A DNA stretch of 64,000 bases from Octopus vulgaris (GCA_951406725.2 OX597831.1:68696001-68760000), one strand, 5' to 3'. Positions 23,816-37,525 are shown, counted from the stretch's first letter. Notes: generated from the letters alone by a model not told the origin. Program-made: numbers and translations.

Positions 23816-24211
23816 ATGAAATAGGAGTTTGTTTTTTAGAAATTGGTGTTAAGTTGAATTTACAAACATGTCATCATCATTGTTATCATGAGCACTGCCA
23901 CCATCTCTTTCCATCTGTACTTTTTGTGTGCCTGCATGGATCAAATGAATTTTGTTGAGGCAGATTTTCCTGTTGCTAATTTTCACTTATTTCTAAGCAA
24001 GGCATAATTACTTCCCTAATGGTCAAATATTTTTTCACAATGAACTCAAAACAAACAATAGCATTTATATGGTGACAGTTGTTTACAAAAATCACTCAAT
24101 CATAATGGAGCAAAAACATGCATGCATACTACATACATTCTTGTACATATCTGTCTGTATGTATGTGTGTCTCTGTCTATGCTGTGCTTGCATGTATACA
24201 TACATACATGC

Positions 24212-25308
24212 TGGCCAACCACTCATGATCGAGGAAGACCATTGCTGACCTTATCTAGGACTAACTTATATTTTGCATTTTCAGCTCAGTTGGTGGTTAA
24301 TGAGCCCTGCTCTTGACAAACATACACGACTGTAAACATTGCAAACCAAGCTTTCTCCATTTACTACACCAGCAGTGCACTTTTGAGCAGCACGCTTTAG
24401 TTCTTCATACAGAATACATGCTCTCTCAAAAGTGTCGACCCCTCCTTAACCTGCTTTCTCCATTTGTGGTGTTGACTGGCATTGCTTTCCCAGTCAGTCT
24501 CATGCATATCACAAGACTTGACACAGTCCTTAACCCTTTTGTTACTGTATTTATTTTGAGATGTTCTGTGTTTCTCTCAATTATTTTAGATATAACAAAG
24601 AATTCACTAAAATAACCTGGTTATCATTAAGCTAGTGTCAGAGACATTAATTGTGGCTAAGGTTTGGTGGAAAATTTTAATTCAAAACTTATGAAAACAA
24701 GACATTTATACTACAGAGCAAGAGCTGTTTTCAGCTGGGTTGGTAACGAAAGGGTTAAATTGCAGCCTTGATTTCTGCCAGGGTCTCTTTCCATTCACAA
24801 GTTCCCCATATAGCATCTGCTTATGGGTCCCGCAATCCTTCATTCTAATAAGGTGTCCAGTCCAACATAATTGGTGCTTGTGCACCATTACCTCAATACT
24901 CAAGATATCAGTTGTCCTCAGGACCTGTGTGTCTGGAGTTTTTAAGGTCCAGCCAACATTCAGAATGTGTCTGAGACATCTCTGATGAAAGCATTCAAGG
25001 ACCCTTACATGACTGCTGTAATGTTCCAGCCTGCGCCAGGATCTCCATATGTGGAGCTATCTATCTTGGTTGAAGGAGCAATTCTGAAAGTGGTAGACAA
25101 GTTTATCTACCTGGGCAGCACACTCAGCCATTCTTGCTCCTTGGATGACGAAATATCTTTCAGGTTGCAGAGAACAACTGATTCCATCCTGTCTCTTCAG
25201 TCTCGTGTCTGGTCCCAGAATGGCATTAAAAAGCAAACAAAAATTACTGTGTACCGTGCATGTGTACTGATACTGCTCCTTTACTCATGTGAGACATGGA
25301 CCCTTTAC
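24212..25308 (-). mobile_element. RTE (BovB-like) LINE fragment with inverted 5' segment, interrupted by a MITE
   Basis: Minus: HVRVLECFHQRCLRHIL...QLCWTGHLIRM...KQMLYGELVNGKR; plus 25012-25308: VDKFIYLGSTLS...LLYSCETWTLY. Confidence 0.9.
24530..24758. mobile_element. TTAA MITE, copy 4
   Basis: ttaacccttttgttac...gtaacgaaagggttaa; splits the RTE at RLQF|KD. Confidence 0.92.
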
Positions 25309-25329
25309 TTACATACATACATAATACAT

Positions 25330-25830
25330 ACATACATACATACATACATAGTATGTTACTCTATCCAGATTACAAGTTCAGGTTTATACCTGTAATTATT
25401 AGGGCCTTAGGATATGTAACTCACTGCATAAATACCAATCTTGAGAAATTAGGCTTCTCAAAACCAGAAAGGAGAAAGCTCTTTTGAAGACTACAGATCC
25501 AGTCTATCACTGGATATGTAACTATATGTATACATATGTATTAAGTATGTATACATAATACATATATGTATACATACATAAAACATACAAATCTGTGCAT
25601 ACATACATACATACATACACACAAGCATGCATGCATACATACATACATAAATCCATACATAAAATACATACATATATACATGCACGCATGCATGCATACA
25701 TACATACATCCATAAAATACATACATACCCTGTTGTTGATGTTGAAATTCCAATGAAGGAGCCTTGGATCTTGGTTAGAAACCAATTCTTTCTCTATAGG
25801 CAAAAAATCTTGAAATAAACTGAATAATGA
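25330..25830 (+). mobile_element. Restriction-like-endonuclease non-LTR retrotransposon 3' fragment embedded in (TACA)n
   Basis: LLYPDYKFRFIPVIIRALGYV...LQIQSITG resembles the IPIIVGALG motif; probable 3'UTR 25728-25830. Confidence 0.6.
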
Positions 25831-26359
25831 CATATATACATATTGCTGAGCTTAACCTTTTAACATTCAAACTGGCCAGATCCAGCCTCCCACACATACC
25901 CTACAATGTCATTCTAAAAATAGGCAAGTATATCATCAAGATTTTGAAGGTACAGGATAATACGGGATTAACTCAAAGCATTGTGAAAATAAGCATTAAA
26001 TTTGACAGAGTAATCTGGATGCAAAACGATTCAAAATTTTTTGGAGTAAATACTATCATGCAAGGTTTATGCACCATTATTTTTACTTTTAAAGATGATT
26101 CTTTATTTTGTCTCAAAACCAGCCCCAAATACATAGTCCATCCCCTTCAAATTCTAGGAATCTTATGTTTAGGACGTCAGAGGGATGATGGATAAGTTGT
26201 TCTTTATCTTTTGATGGCTTACACAGAGGAGGCAGGACAGGATCACTGACTCTTGTCTTAAGTCTCTCAGGAGAAAGGAAGAAGCTATCATAAAACTAGG
26301 GACCTAATGTAAGTGAGTGCAATGGAGTAGACTCTGTTACAGGCACCTAAAGACCAAGT

Positions 26360-26542
26360 ATCATCATCATCATCATTTAACGTCCACTTTCCATGCTAGC
26401 ATGGGTTGGACGGTTCAGCTGGGGTCTGGGAAGCCAGAAGGCTGCATCAGGCCCAGTCTGATGATCTGGCAGTGTTTCCACAGCTGGATGCCTTCCTAAC
26501 GCCAACCATTCCATGAGTGTAGTGGGTGCTTTTTATGTGCCA
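26360..26542 (-). mobile_element. Family D 3' fragment
   Basis: catcatcatttaacgtccactttccatgctagc... Confidence 0.85.
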
Positions 26543-26599
26543 ATAACGTGGAATTGGGAAAAGCATTAAGTCTTCCACCCTGGTTGGATTTGAACTCCT

Positions 26600-27500
26600 T
26601 ATGTTTTAAAAATTAGCAAGTGGGAAAAAAAGGGTGCAATGCCCATGGTATTTGTAGGCTCTCCTAGATATGAAGGTGATGTTCATTTCGAATGCATTTA
26701 AGTTGGCACCTGTAAGAACAGTGTGTGTACAAAAAAAAGCCAGGTAGTTGCAGCTGTGGTGATATAATTTGGAAATATGTTTAGTGCAGAAGTGGAGCTG
26801 AGAGATGAGACAGTGTGAGGTTGACTAAAGAAAAATATAGTCAATTAGGTAGAGGGGAATGTAGTTTGCTAGTTCAGAGGAGTGATGGCTATTATCATTT
26901 GGTAGAGTAGAAGAGACAGAAAGAAACGACAGTATTTGTGAAATAGTGTTTTTGCCAAGTGGTTAGCTTGCTTAGGATATTGCTTAGAATTCCTATGAGT
27001 ATAACAGTTGTAACACCTTAAATAAGCAAGCAGTGTTCCATCATAGGTCTTCCTTGAATTTTTGTAGAGAATCAGCAATTGTTTTGGACCTGAAGTAGAA
27101 GCTTGGTGCTGAGGATATTGTTTTCATATGTAAAGGTGCCTTGAAAGTTTGTCAGAGATTGAATGAATTAGTAGTTGAAGTGACTTTGAGAACTTTAGCT
27201 GTATATTTTTATCCTGTAAGCAGATAGTATCATTGGTGTCAGAATGAGTATAATTAAAAAAGCAGTTAGTAATGCCAATAATGTACAGAAACAAATACTT
27301 GTAGAAAACAAGGAATCTCAGAAAGCACTAAAATAACCTTATCATAGTCTCATCAGAATTGGGGTTATCTGACTGGAAATTCCAAGCCAAGAGACAAGAG
27401 ATGCAAATTATTAAGAGACAGGAGATAGCCAAGAGCTTATTATGCCAGACACTGCTGACATAGATAAATCAAAGTAAATACCTCAGATTATTAGTCAGTT
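26600..27500 (-). pseudogene. Possible very decayed Penelope-like RT/endonuclease relic
   Basis: Scattered PLE-like peptide pieces (LLAYLRCYNC, YLGEPTNTMG); no clean motif. Confidence 0.25.
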
Positions 27501-28784
27501 GCTTTATACTCTGGTACTTCACTATCAAATTTTGATCTAAAATATTGGTTTCAAATTTTGGCTCAAGGCCAGCAAGTTCAGTGGAGAGGGCACGTCGATT
27601 ACATCAACCAGTTTTCAACTGGTACTTATTTTATTGACCCCGAAGGGATTTTGGTCTGAAATATTGCACTCTCTGTACAGTTATTATACTAATATAGGGA
27701 ACTGTGGATAAAGTTTAAACTGACTTTAAACAATTTGGTATTGCATATTAAAACTTTATGAGTGACTCATGAGTCTGGACTTACAAGTTAAGAGAGCAGA
27801 TGATGTTTTATCATGTTAGCTAAATGAGCAAGATCAAACCAACTTAGTATTGAGTAGAAAAGGCAAGAAGTGAAGTTAAAATCTGGGACTGATTCTCAGC
27901 TCACACAAGTTTACTTTACTTTAGCTACTAATGCTCTTGGGATAGCCATGTTCTTTCTCCATGCCTCTATTAAAACATGGGTACTTAAGAAGAATCCACT
28001 ACATTGCAAACATTTGGATCAGGAGACTAGACTGCAAATAACTTCCTCCACCAGTTTCAGATGCCCTAATGAATATCATAAGGAGTATCTTTCATCCCCT
28101 AACAATGTGGTTGTGTAGTAAGGAGTTTGCTTCCCAACCATATGGCCACATATGGGTTCAGTTCAACTGTGTGGTACTTTGGACCAAGTGTTTTTTTAAA
28201 ATAGCCCCAGGCTAGCCAAAGCCTTGTGAATTGATTTGATAAAAGGAAACTGAAAGAAGTCTGTCATATATATATGTGTGTGTATGTGTTTGTATCTGAT
28301 AATTGTTCAAGGTGCACAATACTGAAACTGAACTTAGAATCGTGTGGTTCAGAAGCTAACATTTTACCACACAGCCATGCCAGTACCTAATAAATTTGTT
28401 TTTTATGTTCTAAGTTTAAACCTTACCATAGTTAATTACCATATGATAAATTCAATCGACCATACTTATTCTCAATACATCTTGCTTTTGCCAGAAATTA
28501 TTACAGAGAAAGAGCAGAGAACATTAAAGGATAAGAGTGAGCATGTAATTATTACATGCAATCATTACTTTTATTGTTTCGATGTTTAATTAAAATAACG
28601 ATTTGAGAGTCTTTTCAGGTATTTTTGTGAGCTTCCGATTAGTAAGTAATGACAGTGATGTGACACAATCTACAATCTGTGAAGGGATTAAATAAATACC
28701 CTGAAGTTTTTGGTTACATTCTTTTATGTTATAAGTCCTAGAACCACTGATGTCAATTTTGGCTCACAATTTTGCCTCGACTAG

Positions 28785-29118
28785 CTCCAGTGCCGGTGGC
28801 ACATAAAAAGCACCATCCGAACGTGGCCATTGCCAGCGCTGCCTTGGCTGGCTTCCGTGCTGCTGGTGGCACGTTAAAAGCTCCAACCGATTGTGGCCGA
28901 TGCCGGACCCTCCCCCCCCTGGCACCTGTGCAGGTGGCACATAAAAAGCACCCACTACACTCGCGGAGTGGTTGGCGTTAGGAAGGGCATCCAGCTGTAG
29001 AAACTCTGCCAGATCAGACTGGAGCCTGGTGCAGCCCCTGGCTTCCCAGACCCCGGTCGAACCATCCAACCCATGCTAGCGCGGAAAACGGACGTTAAAC
29101 GATGATGATGATGATGAT
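28785..29118 (+). mobile_element. Family D element with 3 tandem-unit motifs
   Basis: Close to the reverse complement of 11823-12140. Confidence 0.88.
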
Positions 29119-32100
29119 ATCACTGGAGTTAATAAAATCATTATTACCTGTATGTGACTGGGGTGAACTGAAATTAATTACTATACTTTTGGTTGGTTGT
29201 TGTTATCGTAATTCTGGTTAAGCTCTGATCAAGCAGACCTGTGATCAAAGTATTTCAGCAATGGCTATCACATCTTATTTTTAGAGATTGTATCTGGGAC
29301 CACATAATCCAATCTGGAAAGTGTAGTCATAGATGCAGTGTCCAATAATGAAAGAAAAGCCATTGTTTGAGAAGAATTTGGTTGTTGGTTGTTGAATGAC
29401 CAAGTAGATTCTCCCTTAATGGCATGATTAGCAAATAAAGGAAAAGAGGAATAGGCAGCAATGATTTTGGATCAGACAATATTTACTAGAATTATTCTCT
29501 CACTATTTTTTGTTGTGAAATCCAATCCTACCTGGCTAAAGTTGGTCATGCATTATTTTTCAACCAGAAAAATAAGCTATTATTTATGTACTCAAATGTA
29601 TTCATTCATCTGCATTCACCCTTATAAATCATGACCGTGTGTCTAGTTTAAAAATCAATATTTAGATAACATAAAAATTATAGAAATTTGTAAGATCCTT
29701 ATTTAGAGATATTAAATGAAGATTAACAGCTTTGTAACATCAATGGGATAAATTGCCTCAAATGTTAGAGTTCAGGGAATAAAAATGTCGAAGAATATTA
29801 GAAAATAAAAATTCAAAGATTATTTTCCTGGGTTGCTTTGCAGCCATTGGAAAAAAGTTTAATTATTTTAGTATACTTCAATGTTAAGATCAAAGCTGAA
29901 TAGGTTAATAATAAATAAATAAAAGTTTAATATGGTATATTCATGCAAAAATGATAAAATACTTGTTAGCTGCAATAATATTTAGAAACTAAACTGACTG
30001 ACATTATTCTTAAAGGTTACTACATATTAATATTTCAACTATAGTGTTTCGTTTTTTTTTTCTGTTTTATATGTTAGTCAGAAAAAGAGAGGAAGTGTCC
30101 ATAGTTTTTGCAGACTTTCTTTTGCTGACTTTTTCAGGATAATGAGATCATTGTGATTGATGTTCTTTGGGACATTTTAAACTATTAAAAACAGCACAAC
30201 ATGAAGTAGTGGTTAACTGGAAAGGTAGGGATCTGACTGAGTACTTTGCAGTATTTGTTTTGATTCTCTGTGCTCTGAGTTGAGATCCTGCCGTAGCTGA
30301 ATTTGCCTTTCGAGGTTGATGTAAAAGTACCAATCCAGCGTAATGGTTGGTCAGAATTGGTCAGAATTGCCTGAGCATCAGTCTGAATGCTTGATATCTT
30401 TTATGATTTTTTTTTAGTTCTGACAGCAGCAATTGTGATGACATTGGTGCCAAGCTTTATCAGCCTCACCCTTCCCTTGGACATCATTGGAAGTGTAGTG
30501 AAGGGAGACTTATAAACACTAACCCTCCACAGAAAGAACCTTACTCACACCTGTACCACGGAGAGGAACTTTTCAGCTGTAGAAATTTATGATCCACCAT
30601 GGCTGAAAGAGGTCATGTACGATTAACCAAAGAACGTTCTTTATGATGACATGGTGTTTGTATTAAGGCAATGTTTTTGCCATTGATCAAAAGTAAGTTG
30701 GAGGTTGCATCAGCAGAAAATCTTAAAAGTTGAGAGTACAGCATAAGTGGCATGGTTATATATTAAAGTGTGATGAATGCACAAATAGAATAAACTTGTT
30801 TCTTTGTCAAACATAGTAGCAGCAGGTCAGGGCTGTTGCTATACATGAAGCAAACTAGGTTATTGCTTAGCATGTCACAAATAACTTCTATAAAAGTTTT
30901 CAATCCAATTACAAACATAAAAACTTCCTGACAAAGAGAGCTGGTGAGGTCATTCACAAGACAAAACAAGAAAGAGAGCATGGGTAGGGAGCAGAGCCTT
31001 ATATGGTATTATGACCTTTCACATGCATTCATGTGAAATACTTCAAACTTTTCCCCTGTAACAAATTTACTCAGTGGTAGTATGAACATAAAACTATAGC
31101 TTCCTTGTTCACAAGTTAACTATATTCTTTTTCTATATTTTCCAATTGGTGTAATGAAAATGATGGCTAGTGCATATTGTAGAAAATAATTGGTGAAGGA
31201 GGTTTCATTGTAGGAGTAGAGGAAGGGAGTATGCACTGTAAGACTGAGAATGGAGAGCACATTGTAAGGCTAGTACACGTAAGGTACAGAATACCCTGGC
31301 AGTGGCCCCGCAGCAGTAATAATGATGATAATGAAAGGTATAAAATAAAGAGAAAAAATCTAAATATTTCATTAGATCAAATTTTGGGTGATGTTAATCA
31401 CTGTCGATAGAATTAGAGTAAAATGTTTCTAACTGTTGAAGTAAAATTCACTACTTGTCTCTTATAATGACAATTAATGAGGCAGAAGAAAATTCACTGT
31501 TGTCATTTGAGATTTATTTGGCAGCAGACCAAAATTATATTGATTCCTGTAACAAAACAATGGGTGTTTTTTGGCAGCTCATTGGTCAAAGCTATCATAA
31601 CTCAATTAATAGGCTGGTTACCTGACATGAGTATACTAACATTTAGTACTTGTGCATCCTATTTAATCTATGCACGAGTTCTTTACTGTAACTAATTTTA
31701 GTTAAATGTCATGAAATACTTGATGTATTTTCTCTTCATTCTTTGTGGAATATCATGCTCTAGTCTTATTGAAGACATTGCTTTTGTGTATTTCTTTGTT
31801 TTCTATGTGTGTTAGTGTGTGTATGTGTATGTATGTTAATCTGTGTAAGTACGTGCACATCTGTGTGTCTATGCTCTTGTATTTGGTAATATGTCTGCGA
31901 GAGGATAATTATATTGACTTCTATGGAACAATTTATGACAGTTAAATTAAGGAATAATTTTAAAATCTACTGACAAGATATTGTTATATTCAGACAGGTA
32001 ATTTGTAATCAAAATGTATTAAATTTATTTTGAAAATGTGTGTTTTAGTTTAATAAAAGAAATATTACGAGAAAAGCCTATAATAACCATAATGGTTTTT

Positions 32101-32423
32101 GTCATGTGTACAAGACTGTAAATTTTAGAATAACTTAGATCAACCTCAATGCTTAACTAGCATTATTTTATCAACCATCAAGAGGATGAAATGTAAAGTC
32201 ACTCTTAGCAGGATTTGAACTAAAAATATAAAGTGATGTGAATTAAAAACCGTAAAGTATTTTGCCCACTGTTTTACCAATTCTGCTACTCCGTTGCCCA
32301 ATCAACAACAGCAATTATAGTTATTTCTTTAATTGGAGTGGGTAGTATGTTTTTGGGGTAGTTGTTGCTTAATAGATTGTTACTTAGCTTGATATAATCA
32401 GTCCATTAGCAGAAAAGTCAACA

Positions 32424-33586
32424 TTGTACGTGAAGAATTCCACCCACTTCACAGAATTGATCAAGGATACCCCCACTGAATCCAACCAGATGGTGAGTTT
32501 AGATGTGATAAGTCTGTTCACCAAAGTCCCAACAGGTGAAGCACTATGGGTAATTCAAGAAAAACTAGTGACAGACACCCATCTAGAATGTACTAGTATA
32601 CCAATAAGAAACTTGATGGAAATGTTGACCTTCTGTGTAGAAACTACCTACTTCAGTATGGACACTGATATATATCAACAAGAAGAGGGTTTAGCTATGG
32701 GTTCACCATTATCACTGATAATAGCCAATATATACATGGAATACTTTGAGAATTTGGCTTTAGGATCAACACTACTAAAACCAACCCTATGGCTGCAATA
32801 TGTTGATGACACCTTTATACTCTGGCCCCACAAGGAAGATGTCCAAGTGCAGTTAGATCATCTGAACACAATAAAGCCATCCATACAGTTCACAATGGAA
32901 AAGGAAAAAGACAATCAGCTAGCATTCCTGGACGTATTAATAACATGCACCAAGTATGGATACAGGACATCTGTATACTGCAAGCTGACCATCACTAGAT
33001 GATATCTCAGCTTCAATTCCCACCATCCATGCAGTGTAAAGAAGAGAGCGACTGCTCAGTACCTGAAACAGGAAAGAGAGGATGACACCAATAAACTGTC
33101 CACAGTCTGTCTACCCTATGAGAAAGGCCTCTCCAAAAAGATACAAAAGATATGCAGCCCATATGACACCAGGACAGTATTCAAGAGTAATACAACACTT
33201 TTCAAATATCTCCTTCAAGTAAAACCACCAATAAAGAGTATATGACCAAAGACTGCATGTATTCCATCCCATGCAGCTGTGGTAAGTTATGCAAAAGTGA
33301 AACATGACACCCCCTCAAGGTAAGGGTAGACGAACATCACAAAGCTGTGACATGAGGAGATATTGATAAATCAGGTATAGCTGATCATGTATGGAAAAAT
33401 GGAGACCACCTCCCCCTGTGGAATGATGTTAAAATAATAGACAAAGAACACCACTGGAAAATACAAAAACTAAAAGAAGCAGCACATATGCTAGGACACA
33501 ACAACTTCCTAAGCAGAGTGAGTGCAGATAAGAGTAGCATATGGGAGCCAGTATGAAGGAAGGATAAGAAAATATTAGATTTATAA
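32424..33586 (+). pseudogene. Penelope/Poseidon-type reverse transcriptase + GIY-YIG endonuclease pseudogene
   Basis: MVSLDVISLFTKVP, YQQEEGLAMGSPLS, WLQYVDDTF, IQFTMEKEKDNQLAFLDV; then MYSIPCSCGK...RVDEH...SGIADHVW...KLKEAAHM. Confidence 0.93.
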
Positions 33587-33615
33587 GCCCTAAAATTCAT
33601 ACCATAATTGCCCAT

Positions 33616-33676
33616 AGGCATATGGTGTAGTGGTTAAGAGCACAGGCTACTAACCTCGATTCCAGGCAGTGACCTG
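33616..33676 (+). promoter_or_regulatory. tRNA-derived head (Pol III A/B-box-like) inside the Penelope terminal repeat
   Basis: A box tggtgtagtggtta, loop ctactaa, tcgattcc, acceptor-like agg(t)ca/tgacct; intact B box gagttcgattcc in the minus copy at ~18318-18363. Confidence 0.7.
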
Positions 33677-34574
33677 AGTAATAATGATAATAATAATAAC
33701 ATTGAAAGTACCTTAGGAATGAGAACCCAGGTTCAAAATTTCCCTAAGGCACCTGATGAAGGCTGGAGGGTATATCAGCCAAAACGTTGTGTTAACAACA
33801 AACAAGATGAGGATAAATATCCATCGAATGTAAATAATGTACACAATTCCTCATCTCTTAAATATAGAACTGCATATTTCTATTAGCTACAATAGCTATT
33901 AATAGGGAATATTTCAAAAAGATTTACACTACATTTAGATGCTGTTACAGACATTTTAAAACAAATTTAGCGTTACAGTAATAATAGAATATAATACTTA
34001 AATTGATTAAATCATGTTCATTGTAGCTAGAACTAAGCTGTTGGTGATAATTGAAACTGAAAAAATGAAAAATTAAAATTCATATAAGCTGTAAAGTTTA
34101 ATTTTTAGGCTTTCCAAAAAATGTCTATTTAGCTATAGTTACAGTGTATCCTTTGTGCGGAAGATGCATGAAATTTAGTTGTGAGTATACGTTTATATAC
34201 TATTTGGTTTTCTTCAATACAAGTTGATTTTGTAAAATATTTTTAATGAACTGGTGCTTGACCTGGTTGCCTGTTAATATTTTGTCATTGAGGCAATTCA
34301 TTAGAGGGATAATCAATTATCAAAACAAAAGATTTTTAAATTTCCTTCTTCATACATTAAAAATTGTCAGCGGTGGTGCCCCAGCATGGCCGTGGCCTTC
34401 GGGCTAAAACATTTTTAAGGATTTAAGGATACAAATAAAACAATTTCAAATGCTTTTCTTGTTACTACAGATACTTTTTCCCTATGCTGCATTGTTAGCC
34501 CAGAATATTGTTTTGAAGAATTCCATGTGCCAACAGTTAGGCAGACTGATCAAACTTTTGAATTGTCCTTTTAT

Positions 34575-34950
34575 TCTTTTATTTGTTTCAGTCATTTGAC
34601 TGTGGCCATACTGGAGACCTGCCTTGAAAGGTTTTAGTTGAACAAATCGACCCCGGGACTTATTTTTTAAGCTTAGTACTTATTTTATCAGTCTCTTTTG
34701 CCAGACCGCAAAGTTATGAGGACTTAAACAAATCAACACTGGTTGTCAAGCAGTGATGGGGCACAAGCGCACACACACACACACATATATACTCGACGGG
34801 CTTCCTTCAGTTACTGTCTACTAAATCCACCCACAAAAATTGGTCAACCTGAGGTTATAGCAGAAGACATTTATCCAAGGTGCCATGCAGTGGGACTAAA
34901 CCTGGAACCCCGTGGCTGGGAAGCCAACTTCTTACCACACAGCCATATCT
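34575..34950 (-). mobile_element. SINE family A (older)
   Basis: Reverse tail and head. Confidence 0.8.
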
Positions 34951-35139
34951 GCACACACAGACACACACACACATGCATATATATATATATAAAAAGAATG
35001 TCAGAAGGTTTAAGATGAATATATTTCTTTCACCAGCTGATGTTCATAAGATTGCCATCATTTCACAGCCAAAGTTATGGAAAAATCATTTATTTTAGTG
35101 TACGATAAATCATTTTACATGTCAGTATATATATGAAAT

Positions 35140-35460
35140 GGTAAAGACCATGGGATTGCATCTAGAAAGTTCCCCTCCAAGGCACAAGTCCAGGCAAGGT
35201 TGTTTATGGAAGACCAGCAGTCACCCATGCATACCAGCCTCCCCTCTATATGCCACCAATGTCTCCTTAGGAAAAGGCAAAGGCTGATACAGCTTGGCAT
35301 CAGTGACAATGCTGTTCATTTCTACAGCTGAGTGAACTGGAGCAATGTGAAATAAAGTATCTTGCTCAAGAAAAAAATACACAGCCTGGTTTGAGAGTCA
35401 ACCTCATTACTTCATGATCATGAATCCAATGATCTAACCACTGAGCCATGCACCTTCACT
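35140..35460 (-). mobile_element. Older tRNA-headed SINE with a cttgagcaagatactt domain and distinct tail
   Basis: Minus head gtgaaggtgcatggctcagtggttag; related tail fragment near 30430-30600. Confidence 0.65.
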
Positions 35461-35473
35461 GTCTGTGTATATA

Positions 35474-35523
<50 letters not shown>

Positions 35524-35528
<5 letters not shown>

Positions 35529-35749
35529 CTTTACTACCCACAAGGGGCTAAACACAGAGGGGATAAACAAGGACAGACAAACGGATTAAGTCAATTACAT
35601 CGACCCCAGTGCGTAATTGGTACTTAATTTATCGACGCCGAAAGGATGAAAGGCGAAGTCCACCTCGGCGGAATTTGAACCCAGAATGTAACAGCAGATG
35701 AAATACAGCTACGCATTTCGCCCGGTGTGCTAACGTTTCTGCCAGCTCA
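35524..35749 (-). mobile_element. SINE family B
   Basis: Matches 8214-8436 and 60062-60277. Confidence 0.9.
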
Positions 35750-36147
35750 TATATATATAATATGATATAATATGATAGATTCTCTTGTAATGAACAAAAA
35801 ATGAAGGTTCAGTAAAATAAAGCATTAATCATGTTCTATGGACACTAATGTGTCTCGTGAGACCTACTGGTGCCTTGCAAACTTTTTGGCAAATAGAACA
35901 AGAATTTTTAGTCAAATGTATCAACCCTTGTACTTACTTTTTAAAACCTGTTTCTTATTCTTTTGGTCTTTTGCCAAATCAATAATTTACGGGGATGTAA
36001 ACCCACCAACAATGGTTGTATAACAGTGGTGCTCATTTACATCTGTCACATGTTATTATGGCAAGGCGATAAAAAAAACAGACACACATGCACACAAATG
36101 CACATGTGCATACATTCATACATATGTTCAAATGAAATGATATATAG

Positions 36148-36690
36148 GTATAGGAGTGACTGTGTGGTAAGAAGCTCGCTTCCCAACAACATGGTTCTGC
36201 GTTCAGTTCCACTACGTGGCACCTTGGGCAAGTGTCTTCTATTATAGCCTTAGGCCAACTAAAGCCTTCTGAGTGGAAATAAACATCATTGGCGTTAGGA
36301 AGGGCATCCAGCTGTAGAAACACTGCCAGATAAGACTGGAGCCTGGTGCAGCCTTCTGGCTTCCCAGATCCCCGGTCGAACCGTCCAACCCATGCTAGCA
36401 TGGAGAACGGACGTTAAACGATGATGATGATGATGATGATAAGCTTCTGAGAAACTGAAAGATACCTGTCATGTGTGTGTGTGTTTGTCCCCCACCACCA
36501 ATTGACCACAGGTGTTAATATGTTTACATCCCTGGAACCTAGTGGCTTGGCAAAACGACTGATAGAATAAGTACCAGGTTTAAAAAAAAAATAAAAGTAC
36601 AGGAGTTGATTCATTGGACTAAATTCTTCAAGGCAGTGCCTCAGCATGGCTGCAGTCTAATGACTGAAACAAGTAAAAGATAAAAAAATA
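36148..36690 (+). mobile_element. SINE family A containing a family D 3' fragment (36288-36440)
   Basis: A head, D tail with (GAT)n, then A resumes at gaaactgaaag. Confidence 0.82.
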
Positions 36691-36793
36691 AAGAAAAAAT
36701 ATATATATCTATATGAAAAGAGATGATACGTAAAACAATAAAACAAAAAATAATTAGTCATGATAATTAAGTGCTCAATTAATCAAAAGTCAT

Positions 36794-37018
36794 TAACCCT
36801 TTTGTTACTGTATTTATTTTGAGATTCTCTGCTTCTTTCAATTACTTTAAATATAACAAAGAATTTAGTAGAATAACTTAGTTATCATTAAGCTAGCGTT
36901 AGGAACATAAATAGTGACTAAGGTTTGGTGGAAGATTTTAATTCAAATCTTATGAAAACAAGACATTTGTACTCAGAGCCAGAGCCGGTTTCAGCCGGAT
37001 TGGTAACGAAAGGGTTAA
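36794..37018. mobile_element. TTAA MITE, copy 5
   Basis: ttaacccttttgttac...gtaacgaaagggttaa. Confidence 0.92.
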
Positions 37019-37489
37019 GTTCAGCATGTTATAACATTGCACTTAATTCTTGCATCTATACACATAATCAGCTAAAACGATCCATAAGAGCAATGTATAT
37101 TTGGAATAAAAAGAAGGAAAGCATAGATTTCCCAGATAGATCATAATTACTTGTAACATCTGTTTCATTAGAAATAAACATCATTAATTCTATAATTACA
37201 TAATTAAGATACATAATAAATGGCAATTAATTAGAATGAAATTAATCTAAAGCAGTGCATGTATCTGAGTGTGTGTGTCTAGGTATGTTGTATGTGTAAG
37301 GTGTGTGTGTGTGTGTGTGCATGTGTGTATATGTGTATATTTCTATTTGCTTATATGTATTTAAAGGTATATGTATATCTTTTATTTTTTATTGTTTATG
37401 TGTTTTAGCCATTAGACTGTGGCCATGCTAGGGCACTTCCTTGAAAGAGTTTTAGCTGAATGAATCGACTACAATACTTAATTTTTGTA

Positions 37490-37524
<35 letters not shown>

Positions 37525-37525
<1 letters not shown>

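Larger units (their letters stand above)
32413..33872 (+). mobile_element. Penelope-like retroelement (5'-truncated): RT + GIY-YIG + 3' pseudo-LTR with tRNA-like head and HHR
   Basis: Coding relic followed ~30 nt after its stop by the repeat also found at 18120-18541. Confidence 0.92.

Noticed and set aside
25745-25795. Hammerhead-like ccaatgaag...gaaacc in the RLE element 3'UTR
   Set aside because: Stems I and III cannot be formed convincingly from this single copy.
33616-33676. Genuine tRNA-Ser(ACT) gene
   Set aside because: The cloverleaf is incomplete (14-nt deletion here, truncation at 18363), there is no T-run terminator, and it is fused to the repeat in both copies; treated as a derived head.
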